Source: an uncultured Pelagibacteraceae bacterium (GTDB taxonomy: Bacteria > Pseudomonadota > Alphaproteobacteria > Pelagibacterales > Pelagibacteraceae). From it: a DNA stretch of 64,000 nucleotides. The stretch covers positions 21,327-85,326 of the forward strand of contig CACJEG010000003.1 of assembly GCA_902592375.1 (NCBI GenBank), in the 5' to 3' direction. The notes under the pieces are model-generated. The model was not told where the DNA came from, did no database searches, and was given only the letters and a program-made list of their open reading frames with translations. Numbering within the stretch: position 1 is the stretch's first letter; the number at the start of each line of letters is the position of its first letter. Positions 44,413 to 54,675 of this stretch are shown here, piece by piece. A program made the position numbers and the translations under genes.

Positions 44413-45003
44413 ATGGTTAAAAAAATATATTTTCAGTCAATATTTTTTAGCTTCTTTTTTATTAAAGAAGCTTTTGCAGCTGAAAGCGGAGGTATGCCTC
44501 AATTAAATCCAGAGTTTTGGGTTTCTCAAATTTTTTGGCTAATACTTACTTTTGGTATTATGTATTTAGTATTATCTAAACTAATACTGCCAAAAATTAG
44601 TAACAACTTAGAATCGAGAAAATCTCAAATATTAGAAAATATTGAGGCTGCTGAGAAACAAAGAGAAGATAGTGATGCAAAACTAAAAGAATACGATGAA
44701 ATTATATCTAAAAGTAAACTTGAGGCTAATAGTATTTTCAATCAAGCAAGAGAAAAAGCACTAAAAGATATTGGTGCAAAAAGAGAAGTACTAGATAAGC
44801 AAATTGATAATGAAATTGCTGAGGCTGAAAAAGAAATAGATGCATTAAGAAAAAATGCGCCAGATAAAATAAATAAAATTGCTATTGAGACTTCATCTGA
44901 GTTATTGCAAAAACTAATTGGAGCAGAAGTAAATAATAGTAGTATATCTGCAATTGTTGACGATCTATCTAAAAGAAATGGAAATAAATACTATGGCAAT
45001 TGA
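44413..45003 (+). CDS. F0F1 ATP synthase subunit b'
   Basis: GMPQLNPEFWVSQIFWLILTFG, typical of alphaproteobacterial b', followed by a long charged helix. I prefer the ATG at 44413 over the TTG at 44398. Confidence 0.8.
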   Translation: MVKKIYFQSIFFSFFFIKEAFAAESGGMPQLNPEFWVSQIFWLILTFGIMYLVLSKLILPKISNNLESRKSQILENIEAAEKQREDSDAKLKEYDEIISKSKLEANSIFNQAREKALKDIGAKREVLDKQIDNEIAEAEKEIDALRKNAPDKINKIAIETSSELLQKLIGAEVNNSSISAIVDDLSKRNGNKYYGN

Positions 45004-45490
45004 TGCAACATTTTGGGTAGCCGTATCATTTATTATTTTTTTTGGAGCGTTAATTTACCTAAAAATTCCTCAAAAAATTTCTGAAATGTTAGATAAAATG
45101 ATATCTGACATTAAAAATGAAATTGATGAAAGTGAAAAATTAAGAACTGAGGCAAAAACACTATTAGATAACTCACAAAAAAAATTAGATACAGCTCAGT
45201 CTGTTAGCAACGAAATTCTTGAGAACGCCAAAAAAGATGCGGACAGATTAATAATTGAAATGAATGATAAGTTTCATAAATCATCAGAAATTAAAAAAAA
45301 TTTAGCTGAAAATAAAATAAGTCAGATGAAAGAAGCAGCCTTAAAAGAAATTAAGGACGCATCAATAAAGATTGCCGTAGACTCAGTTAAAAAAATAATA
45401 ACTACATCTGTAGATAAGTCAAAATTAGATGCTGTGTTTCAAAAAAATTTAGATGAAACTAAAGCAGAGTTAAAAAAAATTAACTCATAA
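44993..45490 (+). CDS. atpF: F0F1 ATP synthase subunit b
   Basis: Single N-terminal TM helix (FWVAVSFIIFFGALIYL) followed by a long charged helix. I prefer the start at 44993 (MAIDATF). Confidence 0.8.
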   Translation: MAIDATFWVAVSFIIFFGALIYLKIPQKISEMLDKMISDIKNEIDESEKLRTEAKTLLDNSQKKLDTAQSVSNEILENAKKDADRLIIEMNDKFHKSSEIKKNLAENKISQMKEAALKEIKDASIKIAVDSVKKIITTSVDKSKLDAVFQKNLDETKAELKKINS

Positions 45491-45529
45491 TACACTTACA
45501 ATTTTTCAAAAAAGCTATAAATTATTAAA

Positions 45530-46990
45530 ATGAACTCTATAGTCATTGGATCAGGATTTGGTGGAATCGCAGCAGCACTAAGACTTAAAGCAAAAGGACA
45601 TAAGGTAAAATTAATAGAAAAACATCCAGACCTAGGTGGTAGAGCTAGAGTTTTTAAAAGAAATGGATTTATATATGATGCTGGACCAACAGTAATTACT
45701 GCACCCTACTTAATTAATGAATTGTTTGAGTTATTCAATAAAGATCCAAAAAATTATATAGAACTAACTCCACTTAAAATTTGGTACCAGTTTATTTTTG
45801 AGGACAAAACTAAATTTAACTATTCAGGCGACGAAATAGAGATGAAAGACCAAATTGAGAAACTTAGCAAAGAAGATGTAAATGGATACGAAAAATTAGT
45901 TAATTTTACAAAAAAAATATTTGATAAAGGTTTTTTAGAACTTGCAGATGTACCATTTGATAAACCTTTCGTAATGATGCAACAATTGCCTGCTCTGTTA
46001 AAACTTAAAAGTTATAAATCAGTTTACTCACTTGTTTCATCTTATATAAAAAATGAAAAATTAAGAAGAATGCTTAGTATGCATCCCTTACTAGTTGGGG
46101 GAAACCCTTTTACCACTACTTCTATTTATGGATTAATTCTTTATTTAGAAAAAAAATGGGGAATACATTATTCAGTTGGAGGAACAGGAAATATAATTAA
46201 AGGTTTTGAAAAATTAATGAATGAGGTTGGTATTGAAATAATAAAAAACAGTGAAGTAACAGAAATTATATCAAAAAATAATAAAATAAGTGGTGTAAAA
46301 TTAAATAATGAAAATGAAATTGGTGCAGACAATGTTGTTTGTAATGCAGATCCACCTGCATTTTATGAGAAGATGTTAAGCAAAAGCAACGAGAATTCCA
46401 TGTTGTTTAATTGGAAAAAAAATCGAATGGAATATTCTATGGGTTTATTTGTTTACTATTTTGGAACAAAAAAAATTTATGAGAATGTTCAACATCATAC
46501 AATAAAGTTTGGAAATAAATATAAAGAACATCTTGATGACATATTTGATAAGAAAAAATTAAATAATGATATTAGCTATTACCTTCATAGACCTACAGCG
46601 ACTGATAAAACTATGGCCCCAGAAGGAAATGATTGTTTTTATGTATTAGTACCTGTTCCTAACAATCAGTCAAAAATAAATTGGGAAACTGAAGGTGAAA
46701 AAATGAAAAATCTTGTAATTGAAAAAATGGAAAAAGACTTAATGCCAGATCTTAAGAATAATATAGTTGAGGATTTTTATCTAACGCCTGATTACTTTGA
46801 AAAGGAGTTAAATACAAAATTTGGATCAGGGTTTTCAATTCAACCTAAATTTACACAATCCGCATACTTTAGGTTTCATAATAAGTCAGAAATATATGAT
46901 GGTTTATACTTTGTTGGTGCAGGTACACATCCGGGGGCTGGGGTACCAGGCGTTCTCTCTTCAGCAAAAGTTTTAGATAAATTATTTTAA
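45530..46990 (+). CDS. crtI: Phytoene desaturase
   Basis: N-terminal IGSGFGGIAAALRL FAD motif and the C-terminal CrtI signature GAGTHPGAGVPGV. 486 aa. Confidence 0.92.
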   Translation: MNSIVIGSGFGGIAAALRLKAKGHKVKLIEKHPDLGGRARVFKRNGFIYDAGPTVITAPYLINELFELFNKDPKNYIELTPLKIWYQFIFEDKTKFNYSGDEIEMKDQIEKLSKEDVNGYEKLVNFTKKIFDKGFLELADVPFDKPFVMMQQLPALLKLKSYKSVYSLVSSYIKNEKLRRMLSMHPLLVGGNPFTTTSIYGLILYLEKKWGIHYSVGGTGNIIKGFEKLMNEVGIEIIKNSEVTEIISKNNKISGVKLNNENEIGADNVVCNADPPAFYEKMLSKSNENSMLFNWKKNRMEYSMGLFVYYFGTKKIYENVQHHTIKFGNKYKEHLDDIFDKKKLNNDISYYLHRPTATDKTMAPEGNDCFYVLVPVPNNQSKINWETEGEKMKNLVIEKMEKDLMPDLKNNIVEDFYLTPDYFEKELNTKFGSGFSIQPKFTQSAYFRFHNKSEIYDGLYFVGAGTHPGAGVPGVLSSAKVLDKLF

Positions 46991-47841
46991 TGTTAACAAA
47001 GAATTATTTAGCCATTTACGCAAAATCTTTTAATTGGGCAGGCTTTTTTTTACCAAAAAAAACCTATGAAAAATGCTCTGCGCTTTATGATTTTTGTAGA
47101 GAAGCAGATAATATTGCTGATGACGAAAACAATATTGAAATAAAAAAAGATAATTTTATTAAATTTAGAAATAATTTTGTTAATAAAAATTATGATGATC
47201 CAATTATTAAAAACATGTGGAGTCTTATTAATGAATTTAGTATTTCAACTAAAATTGTAGACGATTTATTTGAGGGTATTAATTCTGATATAAAAGAAAA
47301 TGTTAAACTTAATTCAAAAAAAGAATTATTAATTTATTCCTATAGGGTGGCTGGAACAGTTGGATTGATGATGGCTAAGATATTAAATGTTCACAAAGAA
47401 CAATCTCTAAAATCAGCTATTGATCTTGGGATTGCTATGCAATTAACAAATATTTCTAGAGATGTTATGGAAGATAAAAAAAATAATAGATCTTATATCA
47501 ATGAAAGTTTTGAAGAAATAAAGAATACAATCAAGCTTTCAGAAAAGTTTTATGAAAATTCATTCTACTCAATTAAAGAAATACCATTAAGTTTCAGATT
47601 TTCTATTTTAGTAGCAAGAAGAGTTTATAGAAAAATAGGAAATAAAATTTTAAATAAACAAAACATAGAAAATTATAAAAAGTCTGGAAAAATTTATGTT
47701 TCAAATATTGAGAAAATTATTGAAACTTTTTTATCTATTTTTGACTTAATTAAGTTATCACTTATAAGTAAAAACGATGATAATATTAATCATGACCATA
47801 ATTTAATTAATGAAGAAATAAATTTAGATGAAAGAATTTGA
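46990..47841 (+). CDS. crtB: Phytoene synthase
   Basis: Squalene/phytoene synthase Asp-rich motifs (FCREADNIADD and ISRDVMED) plus YRVAGTVGLMM. Confidence 0.88.
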   Translation: MLTKNYLAIYAKSFNWAGFFLPKKTYEKCSALYDFCREADNIADDENNIEIKKDNFIKFRNNFVNKNYDDPIIKNMWSLINEFSISTKIVDDLFEGINSDIKENVKLNSKKELLIYSYRVAGTVGLMMAKILNVHKEQSLKSAIDLGIAMQLTNISRDVMEDKKNNRSYINESFEEIKNTIKLSEKFYENSFYSIKEIPLSFRFSILVARRVYRKIGNKILNKQNIENYKKSGKIYVSNIEKIIETFLSIFDLIKLSLISKNDDNINHDHNLINEEINLDERI

Positions 47842-48892
47842 TTACACAATTATAGGCGGAGGTTGCGCAGGTCTTTCATTGGCATATGAGCTGGAAGTTT
47901 ATGAAAAATTAAAAGATAAAACCCTAGCAATAATTGAACCAAGAGAAGATTATAAAAGAGATAAAACCTGGTCATTTTGGAAAGTTTTTTCCCATAATTT
48001 TGATGACTGTGTCAAAAAAAGTTGGAATAATTTTACAATAAATACACCCAATAATACAAAATATATAAATTGCGAACATACGCCATATCAAACAATTGAT
48101 AGTGGTATGTTCTACGAAAAAATACTTTCAAAACTTAAATTAAATAAAAATATTCAGTTTTTTAAAAGTATTGATGAAATAGATAAATCAAATTCAATTG
48201 TATTTAATAGTGTACCTAATTTTGAAAATAAACAGAGTGAGTTGTGGCAACACTTTTGTGGGGTTGAAATAGAAACAGAAAAAGACTTTTTTGATGACGA
48301 AATTTTCAATTTGATGGACTTTGCTTGTGATCAAAGAAACAAAGTTCATTTTTTTTATACGCTACCATTCACTAAGAGAAATGCATTAGTTGAAACTACT
48401 TGGATATCTGAACTAAATAATGAAAAACTGAAAGATTATGATGAGCAAATTGATGATTATTTGAGTAAACATCTAAATATCAGAAACTGTAAAATTAACT
48501 TCAAAGAAACTGGAGCAATCCCACTTTTTAGACAAAAAAATTTAAAAAAATCAAATGAAATTTACATAGGCTCAGCAGGAGGTATGACTAGATTAAGTAC
48601 GGGTTATACTTTCCTAAATATTCAAGAACAGAGCAGATATATAAGAGAAAACATAGATAATATTAAAAATGTAAATTTATTTAAAATTAATTCAAAATAT
48701 GATTTTTTAGATAAAATCTTATTAAGAGTTCTTAAAAATAATTCAAATGAAATGGGCAACATATTTTTCAAAGTTTTTAATTCAAAACCTAAAACAGCTA
48801 TCAATTTTTTATCAAATAAAAGCAGTTTTATTGAAGATTTAGAGGTAATTCTAAAAATGCCAAAGTGGAAATTTTTAAAAGAATTAATTTAA
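47828..48892 (+). CDS. crtY: Lycopene beta-cyclase (CrtY type)
   Basis: N-terminal IIGGGCAGLSLA dinucleotide motif and CrtY-like length. Its position between crtB and blh supports the call. Confidence 0.85.
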   Translation: MKEFDYTIIGGGCAGLSLAYELEVYEKLKDKTLAIIEPREDYKRDKTWSFWKVFSHNFDDCVKKSWNNFTINTPNNTKYINCEHTPYQTIDSGMFYEKILSKLKLNKNIQFFKSIDEIDKSNSIVFNSVPNFENKQSELWQHFCGVEIETEKDFFDDEIFNLMDFACDQRNKVHFFYTLPFTKRNALVETTWISELNNEKLKDYDEQIDDYLSKHLNIRNCKINFKETGAIPLFRQKNLKKSNEIYIGSAGGMTRLSTGYTFLNIQEQSRYIRENIDNIKNVNLFKINSKYDFLDKILLRVLKNNSNEMGNIFFKVFNSKPKTAINFLSNKSSFIEDLEVILKMPKWKFLKELI

Positions 48893-48893
48893 A

Positions 48894-49829
48894 ATGAACA
48901 ATAAAATAAAAAAAATAAATCTAAATCATTCATTTATTTTTTTCTTTGTTGTAAACATTTTTTGTATTTTACTGTTCAAATTTAATAATTTGAATATTTC
49001 ATCAATTTTGTGTTTACTTTTAATTTTAATTATAGGGGTTTCCCACGGTTCATTAGATCATATTAAAGGAAAAAAACTGCTTAAATTGTTTAATATAAAA
49101 TCAAGTTATATATTCTATATTATATATATTTTAATTTCGGCATTAGTTATCGTAACTTGGATATTGTTACCATCAATAACTTTAATTATTTTTTTAATGA
49201 TCGCTTCCTACCACTTTGGCAAAGAAGATACACAATTTTTGATTAATGAAAAATCTTATTTCGCTCAAATACTTTATTTTTTGAAAGGATTATTAATTAT
49301 ACTTGCTCCTTTGTATTTTCATTTTCAGGAAACAATAGCGATTTTCAAATTATTATTAATCAATAATGAGACATTTTATTCAAGTTTAGATTTTATTGAG
49401 ACAAATAATGTAATTCAAATAGGAATATTCTGCAGCACACTATCTAGTATTTTTCTTTTCTTAAAGAATTTTGAAATCAAGAAATTTGTTGTTTTTTTAG
49501 ATTATTTTTCAATTTTGATATTAAATTATTATTTATCTCCACTAATAGCTTTTACTGTTTATTTCTGTTTTTTACATTCAATAAGACATTCAATTTCCCT
49601 CGCTATTGAACTTGATCAAAATAGTATAGTTAATGGATTTAAATTATTTGTTAATAAAGCTTTACCTTTAACAATTTTAACTGCTATTTTTTCTTTTATT
49701 GCACTTTATCTACTGAATAATTCATTTAATTTAGATAGTGCAATTTTAAAAATAATATTTATAGGTTTGGCGTCTTTAACCTTTCCACATATATTGCTGG
49801 AATATTTTTTAGAAAAAAATGAAAAATAA
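48894..49829 (+). CDS. blh: Brp/Blh-family beta-carotene 15,15'-dioxygenase (retinal synthesis)
   Basis: Polytopic membrane protein with the four spaced His motifs of the family (VSHGSLDH, SYHFGKED, FLHSIRH, TFPHILLE). Confidence 0.85.
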   Translation: MNNKIKKINLNHSFIFFFVVNIFCILLFKFNNLNISSILCLLLILIIGVSHGSLDHIKGKKLLKLFNIKSSYIFYIIYILISALVIVTWILLPSITLIIFLMIASYHFGKEDTQFLINEKSYFAQILYFLKGLLIILAPLYFHFQETIAIFKLLLINNETFYSSLDFIETNNVIQIGIFCSTLSSIFLFLKNFEIKKFVVFLDYFSILILNYYLSPLIAFTVYFCFLHSIRHSISLAIELDQNSIVNGFKLFVNKALPLTILTAIFSFIALYLLNNSFNLDSAILKIIFIGLASLTFPHILLEYFLEKNEK

Positions 49830-50763
49830 AGAATTAAAAATATTATTATCTGCACCTCGTGGATTCTGTGCTGGGGTGGAAAGAGCTATTGAAATAGTTG
49901 AAAAGTCTATACAAAAATTTGGAGCTCCGGTTTATGTGCGTCATGAAATAGTACACAATAAGTATGTTGTAGATGATTTAAAAAATAAAGGGGCAATATT
50001 TGTTGAAGAGCTGGAGGAGATAAAGGATAAATCAAGACCGGTAATTTTTTCAGCGCATGGTGTTCCGAAAAAAATACCTGAAGATGCAAAAAATTATAAA
50101 ATGACTTATGTGGATGCTACATGTCCACTTGTTTCTAAAGTTCATAGAGAAGCAGAAAATCTTAATAAAGCTGGCTACCATATAATATTAATTGGTCATC
50201 AAAATCATCCAGAAGTAATTGGAACTATGGGTCAATTAAATGAAGGTTCTATAGATCTAATCCAAAATGAGGTAGATGCTGCAAACTATAAAAATAAAGA
50301 AGACAAAAAATTAGCATATATTACTCAGACCACTTTGTCAGTTGATGATACAAAAGAAATAATCAAAATTTTAAAAACCAATTTTCCTAATATAAAAGAA
50401 CCAATGAAAGAAGATATTTGTTATGCAACCACAAACCGTCAAATGGCAGTAAAAAATATTGCAAAAAATTGTGACATGTTTTTTGTTATTGGTAGTAGAA
50501 ACTCTTCAAATTCTGTTAGACTAGTTGAAGTAGCAAAAAAATCAGGCTGTGAAAATTCACAACTTATTCACTCAGAAAGCTCAATACCGTATGATCAAAT
50601 AGAAAATTGCAATACTATAGGTATATCTTCAGGAGCATCAGCGCCAGAAATATTAGTAGAAAATTTTATTAATGATTTAAAAAATAAATTTTCTATAAGT
50701 ATCGATGAAGTTGAAATAATTAAAGAAGATGTTGTATTTAAAGTTCCCAACAAATTAAATTAA
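49819..50763 (+). CDS. ispH: 4-hydroxy-3-methylbut-2-enyl diphosphate reductase
   Basis: PRGFCAGVERAI, DATCPLV and the third cluster Cys (ICYATTNRQ). 314 aa. It overlaps the blh 3' end by 11 nt. Confidence 0.95.
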   Translation: MKNKELKILLSAPRGFCAGVERAIEIVEKSIQKFGAPVYVRHEIVHNKYVVDDLKNKGAIFVEELEEIKDKSRPVIFSAHGVPKKIPEDAKNYKMTYVDATCPLVSKVHREAENLNKAGYHIILIGHQNHPEVIGTMGQLNEGSIDLIQNEVDAANYKNKEDKKLAYITQTTLSVDDTKEIIKILKTNFPNIKEPMKEDICYATTNRQMAVKNIAKNCDMFFVIGSRNSSNSVRLVEVAKKSGCENSQLIHSESSIPYDQIENCNTIGISSGASAPEILVENFINDLKNKFSISIDEVEIIKEDVVFKVPNKLN

Positions 50764-50765
50764 AA

Positions 50766-51731
50766 ATGGCTGTCTATACAAAAATAAATCAAAAAGAAAT
50801 TAATATTATTAATAAAAAATTTAATATTGATAAAGTAATAAGTTTTAAAGGTATCAAGCAAGGAATAGAAAACACAAACTATCTTCTTAAATCAAAAAAG
50901 AAAAAATACATTTTAACTATTTTTGAAAAAAGAGTTTTGCAAAAAGAAATACCTTTTTTTATGAAGTTAATGGATCATTTGAATAATTCAAAAATAAACT
51001 GTCCTAAGCCACTGAAAACTAAAGAAAATAAATATCTTATTAAATTAAAAAACAAAACTGCATGTATTGTATCATTCTTAGAGGGTAAAGATAAAAAAAT
51101 TTTAAATATAAATGATTGTTATGTAATTGGTAAAATAATTGCTCGAATGCATGTGGTCACAAATAAAATGAAGCTTAATAGAAAAAATTCGATGGGTATT
51201 AGGAATTTAAAACCCTTGTTGGAAAGTATTAAATTTAAGTCAAAAAAATTTTCAAATTTAAAAGTATTCTTAAAAAATAACCTACAAGATATTAATAAAA
51301 ATTGGCCTAAACAATTACCTAAAGGTATCATCCATGGTGACTTGTTTATAGATAATATATTTTTCAAAAAAAATAAACTTTCAGGAATTATTGATTTCTA
51401 CTTTGCTGCTAATGATTATTTTATGTATGAAATTGCTATATGCATCAATGCTCTTTGTTTTGACTATAAAAAGAGAAAATTCCAAATGAATCATAAAAAA
51501 ATTAAAAATTTAATCAAAGGGTATGAAAGCGTTAAAAAAATTTCAACAAAGGAAAAGAAATCTATAAATATTTTATGTAGAGGTGCAGCATTAAGATATT
51601 TATTAACAAGATTGTATGACTATTCAAATACACCAAAAACAGCATTGATTAAAATTAAAGATCCTAATGAATATTATCAAAAATTGCTTTCTCACAACAA
51701 TTTAAGTTCATTTAAAGACTATTTAAATTAA
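50766..51731 (+). CDS. thrB: Homoserine kinase, type II (APH-fold ThrB)
   Basis: N-terminal MAVYT...GIENTNY pattern and kinase catalytic loop IIHGDLFIDNIFF...IIDFYFA. The ispH-thrB-rnhA synteny is common in alphaproteobacteria, as far as I recall. Confidence 0.8.
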   Translation: MAVYTKINQKEINIINKKFNIDKVISFKGIKQGIENTNYLLKSKKKKYILTIFEKRVLQKEIPFFMKLMDHLNNSKINCPKPLKTKENKYLIKLKNKTACIVSFLEGKDKKILNINDCYVIGKIIARMHVVTNKMKLNRKNSMGIRNLKPLLESIKFKSKKFSNLKVFLKNNLQDINKNWPKQLPKGIIHGDLFIDNIFFKKNKLSGIIDFYFAANDYFMYEIAICINALCFDYKKRKFQMNHKKIKNLIKGYESVKKISTKEKKSINILCRGAALRYLLTRLYDYSNTPKTALIKIKDPNEYYQKLLSHNNLSSFKDYLN

Positions 51732-52156
51732 TGATTACAATTTACACAGACGGTTCTTGTTTAACAAATCCAGGTAATGGTGGATGGGCTGCTATTATAA
51801 ATGATGAAAAAGAAATAAGAAAAATTAGTGGTAGTGAAAAAAACACTACAAATAATAGAATGGAGCTACTTGCTCCAATAAATGCACTGAAGGATATGAA
51901 ACCTGGTGTTGAGATAAAAATATATACTGACTCTCAATATGTGAAAAATGGAATAACCGAATGGATTAATACTTGGTTAGCTAATAATTGGAAAACATCA
52001 AAAAAAGAAGATGTTAAAAATAAAGATTTGTGGATTGAATTATATAATTTGAATAAATCACTTAATGTTCAATGGAATTGGGTAAAGGCTCATGATGGAA
52101 ATCCTATGAATGAAGAAGTAGACTTATTAGCTAAAAAAGCTGCAAATTTAGACTAA
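51731..52156 (+). CDS. rnhA: Ribonuclease HI
   Basis: IYTDGSCLTNPGNGGWA, NNRMEL, TDSQYV and the W-rich basic protrusion region. 141 aa. Confidence 0.93.
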   Translation: MITIYTDGSCLTNPGNGGWAAIINDEKEIRKISGSEKNTTNNRMELLAPINALKDMKPGVEIKIYTDSQYVKNGITEWINTWLANNWKTSKKEDVKNKDLWIELYNLNKSLNVQWNWVKAHDGNPMNEEVDLLAKKAANLD

Positions 52157-52633
52157 ATTTAAAAAGTTTTCTGCTGCTGAAATTTCACAAGATCCAGTAT
52201 CTTTTTCTTCTTGTAACTTAATAACCTTCATATCTTCAACATACATCGTGTATCTATTTGATCTAATACCTAAACCTCTACCACTTTTATCAACATCCGC
52301 ACCTATATCTTTAGTAAAGTTTAAAAAAGGGTCTCCCATCATAATAATTTTATCGCCTACATTATTTTCTTTTCCCCAGGCATTCATAACAAAAGGATCA
52401 TTTACAGATATGCAAATAATATGATCAATACCTTTTTCTTTATACTTATCATGTAACTTAACATAACCAGGTAAATGTTTAGCAGAACACACTGATGTAT
52501 AAGCACCTGGTAATCCAAATAAGACTACTTTTTTATTTTTGAAAAAATCTTCAATTTTTTTTTTAGTTGGCTCACCATTTTCTAAAACAAATACTTCTGA
52601 ATTAGGCAGTAAATCATTTTCGTTTATTTTCAT
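52148..52633 (-). CDS. Peroxiredoxin (Prx5-like / atypical 2-Cys subfamily)
   Basis: LPGAYTSVCS peroxidatic-Cys motif. 161 aa. Confidence 0.88.
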   Translation of the reverse strand: MKINENDLLPNSEVFVLENGEPTKKKIEDFFKNKKVVLFGLPGAYTSVCSAKHLPGYVKLHDKYKEKGIDHIICISVNDPFVMNAWGKENNVGDKIIMMGDPFLNFTKDIGADVDKSGRGLGIRSNRYTMYVEDMKVIKLQEEKDTGSCEISAAENFLNLV

Positions 52634-54012
52634 TATGTTCTATCTTTAATATGTTGTTTTACTTTTTCAATATCATTTTCAACAATATCATAATTTTCTT
52701 TTTGATCTAAAACAAAAGTTAATTCATTGGGCAATTCTGCTTTTACATTAATTGCACTTTGAATGGCTCCTGGAAACTTGCAGGGATGTGCTGTTGCAAG
52801 TACGATATTGTTTCCTTTTAAGTTATGTTTATCAAATGCTCCATACCCAATAGCTGTGTGTGGATCTAAAACTACTGCAAATTTTTCATATACATTTTTA
52901 ATTACCTCTAAGGTCTCATCCTCACTCATTCTAGCTGATAAAAAGTTTTCGCTAATCTTATTTAATTTATCGTCATTTATTAAATACTGTCCCTTCTCTT
53001 TAATATTTTTCATATCTAGACAAGTCTGTTGATCGTCTCCATTATTAAGATCAAATATAAGTCTTTCAAAATTACTGGCTATTTGTATGTCCATACTTGG
53101 GGAGATAGTTTCTGAAACTTTTTCTGCTTCATAACTACCTTTTGAAATTGCTCTATGTAAAATATCATTTTGATTAGTTGCAACAATCAATTTATCTATC
53201 GGCAAGCCCATTTTTTTGGCTAAATATCCTGCATATACATCTCCAAAATTTCCTGTCGGCACTGAAAAATTTGTTGGTTCATTCGCATCTTCAACTGATA
53301 AATAACTATAAAAGTAATAAACACTTTGAGCAATAATCCTCGCCCAGTTAATAGAGTTTACACCTGACATTTTAATATCATTTGAAAATTTCTTGTCTGC
53401 AAACATGGATTTAACTAGGTTTTGACAATCATCAAAATTTCCCTTTATGGCTATGTTAAATACGTTTTCATCTTTACCTGTTGTCATTAATTTTCTTTGA
53501 ACTGGTGAAACACGATTATCTGGATGAAGCACAAAAATATTAACATTTTTTTTACCTTTAATTGCATCAATTGCTGCAGCACCAGTATCTCCAGATGTGG
53601 CAACAACAATATTAATCTTTTGATTTTCATTATTTAGGTAATACTCGTAAAAGTTACCTAAAAGTTGCATAGCAACATCTTTAAAAGCTAAAGTTGGACC
53701 ATGAAACAGCTCTAACACAGTTCTGTCTCCAAGTTTTATAAAATCTACAACATTATCCCGTCTAAATGTAGAGTAAGACTTATCAATAATTTTACTTAAT
53801 TCTGCTTGTGACATGAAATTACCAATAAATGGATGAACGATCTTTTTGGCTAAATCTGAGTAGCTTAGTTTTTTAAAATCTTGAACTTCATTTTCAGTAT
53901 ATTTCGTCAAAGTTTCGGGAATAAATAAACCTCCATCATCAGCAAGACCTTTGATAAAAACGTCTTTAAATTCAAAGGTTTTTGATGTGTCTCTTGTACT
54001 TACGTATCTCAT
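52633..54012 (-). CDS. thrC: Threonine synthase
   Basis: Long-form ThrC (MRYVSTR..., HGPTLAFKD with the PLP Lys, SGDTGAAA). 459 aa. Confidence 0.93.
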   Translation of the reverse strand: MRYVSTRDTSKTFEFKDVFIKGLADDGGLFIPETLTKYTENEVQDFKKLSYSDLAKKIVHPFIGNFMSQAELSKIIDKSYSTFRRDNVVDFIKLGDRTVLELFHGPTLAFKDVAMQLLGNFYEYYLNNENQKINIVVATSGDTGAAAIDAIKGKKNVNIFVLHPDNRVSPVQRKLMTTGKDENVFNIAIKGNFDDCQNLVKSMFADKKFSNDIKMSGVNSINWARIIAQSVYYFYSYLSVEDANEPTNFSVPTGNFGDVYAGYLAKKMGLPIDKLIVATNQNDILHRAISKGSYEAEKVSETISPSMDIQIASNFERLIFDLNNGDDQQTCLDMKNIKEKGQYLINDDKLNKISENFLSARMSEDETLEVIKNVYEKFAVVLDPHTAIGYGAFDKHNLKGNNIVLATAHPCKFPGAIQSAINVKAELPNELTFVLDQKENYDIVENDIEKVKQHIKDRT

Positions 54013-54666
54013 TTAATAATTTTTTTTCCTAAAATATAAATATATTAAAAGAATTGAAATCGCCATAGAAAACCAAGTAATTGCATACTTCTTGTGATTA
54101 TTTGAAATTTTAGCAGTAATCACTCTTGGTTGTGGAATTTTATAATCACCGTTTAAATAAATGACATACTCTGAAAAATTTCTTCCAGTAAATTTTGAAA
54201 TATCTTCTCTATTCAAAGTAAACCAATAATTTTTCTCAATATCGTTTTCAGGTTTGAATGTACTTGGTTTAGTTTGTAGCATAAGAGTGCCGACTATTTG
54301 ATTTTGATCAATTAAATTTATTTCTGGCAGATCTTTTTTTTCAAAAGGTATCCATCCCCTATTCATTAAGTAATTTTCGTCACCAATTTTTATTGGATTA
54401 ATTACCTCAAATCCAGGTTTCCCTACATCATTTAAATTGTACAGGTAAATTTGTTTATCAAAATCAATATCTCCACTTGTCTTTATTCTAAGATAGTTTT
54501 TTTTTTCAATATTGGATAATTCTACTGGGTCGTTTTTTAAAGAATTTTCTATTTGCTCAATTAGCTCTAACTTCCAATTTAATCTATAAATTTGCCAAAA
54601 CCCTAGGGAGAGAAGAGTTAAAATAATAAAATAAACAAAAACTGAAAATAGAAATTTATTCTTCAA
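54013..54666 (-). CDS. SURF1-family cytochrome oxidase assembly protein
   Basis: N- and C-terminal TM helices, GFWQIYRLNWK and NRGWIP motifs. It sits downstream of ctaE. Confidence 0.8.
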   Translation of the reverse strand: MKNKFLFSVFVYFIILTLLSLGFWQIYRLNWKLELIEQIENSLKNDPVELSNIEKKNYLRIKTSGDIDFDKQIYLYNLNDVGKPGFEVINPIKIGDENYLMNRGWIPFEKKDLPEINLIDQNQIVGTLMLQTKPSTFKPENDIEKNYWFTLNREDISKFTGRNFSEYVIYLNGDYKIPQPRVITAKISNNHKKYAITWFSMAISILLIYLYFRKKNY

Positions 54667-54675
54667 GGATAAATA

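Noticed and set aside
48894-49829. The polytopic membrane protein after crtY, considered as a possible opsin.
   Set aside because: It has the four-histidine Brp/Blh dioxygenase pattern and lacks a rhodopsin helix-7 retinal-lysine context. It is the carotene-cleaving enzyme, not the opsin. No opsin gene is present in this window.
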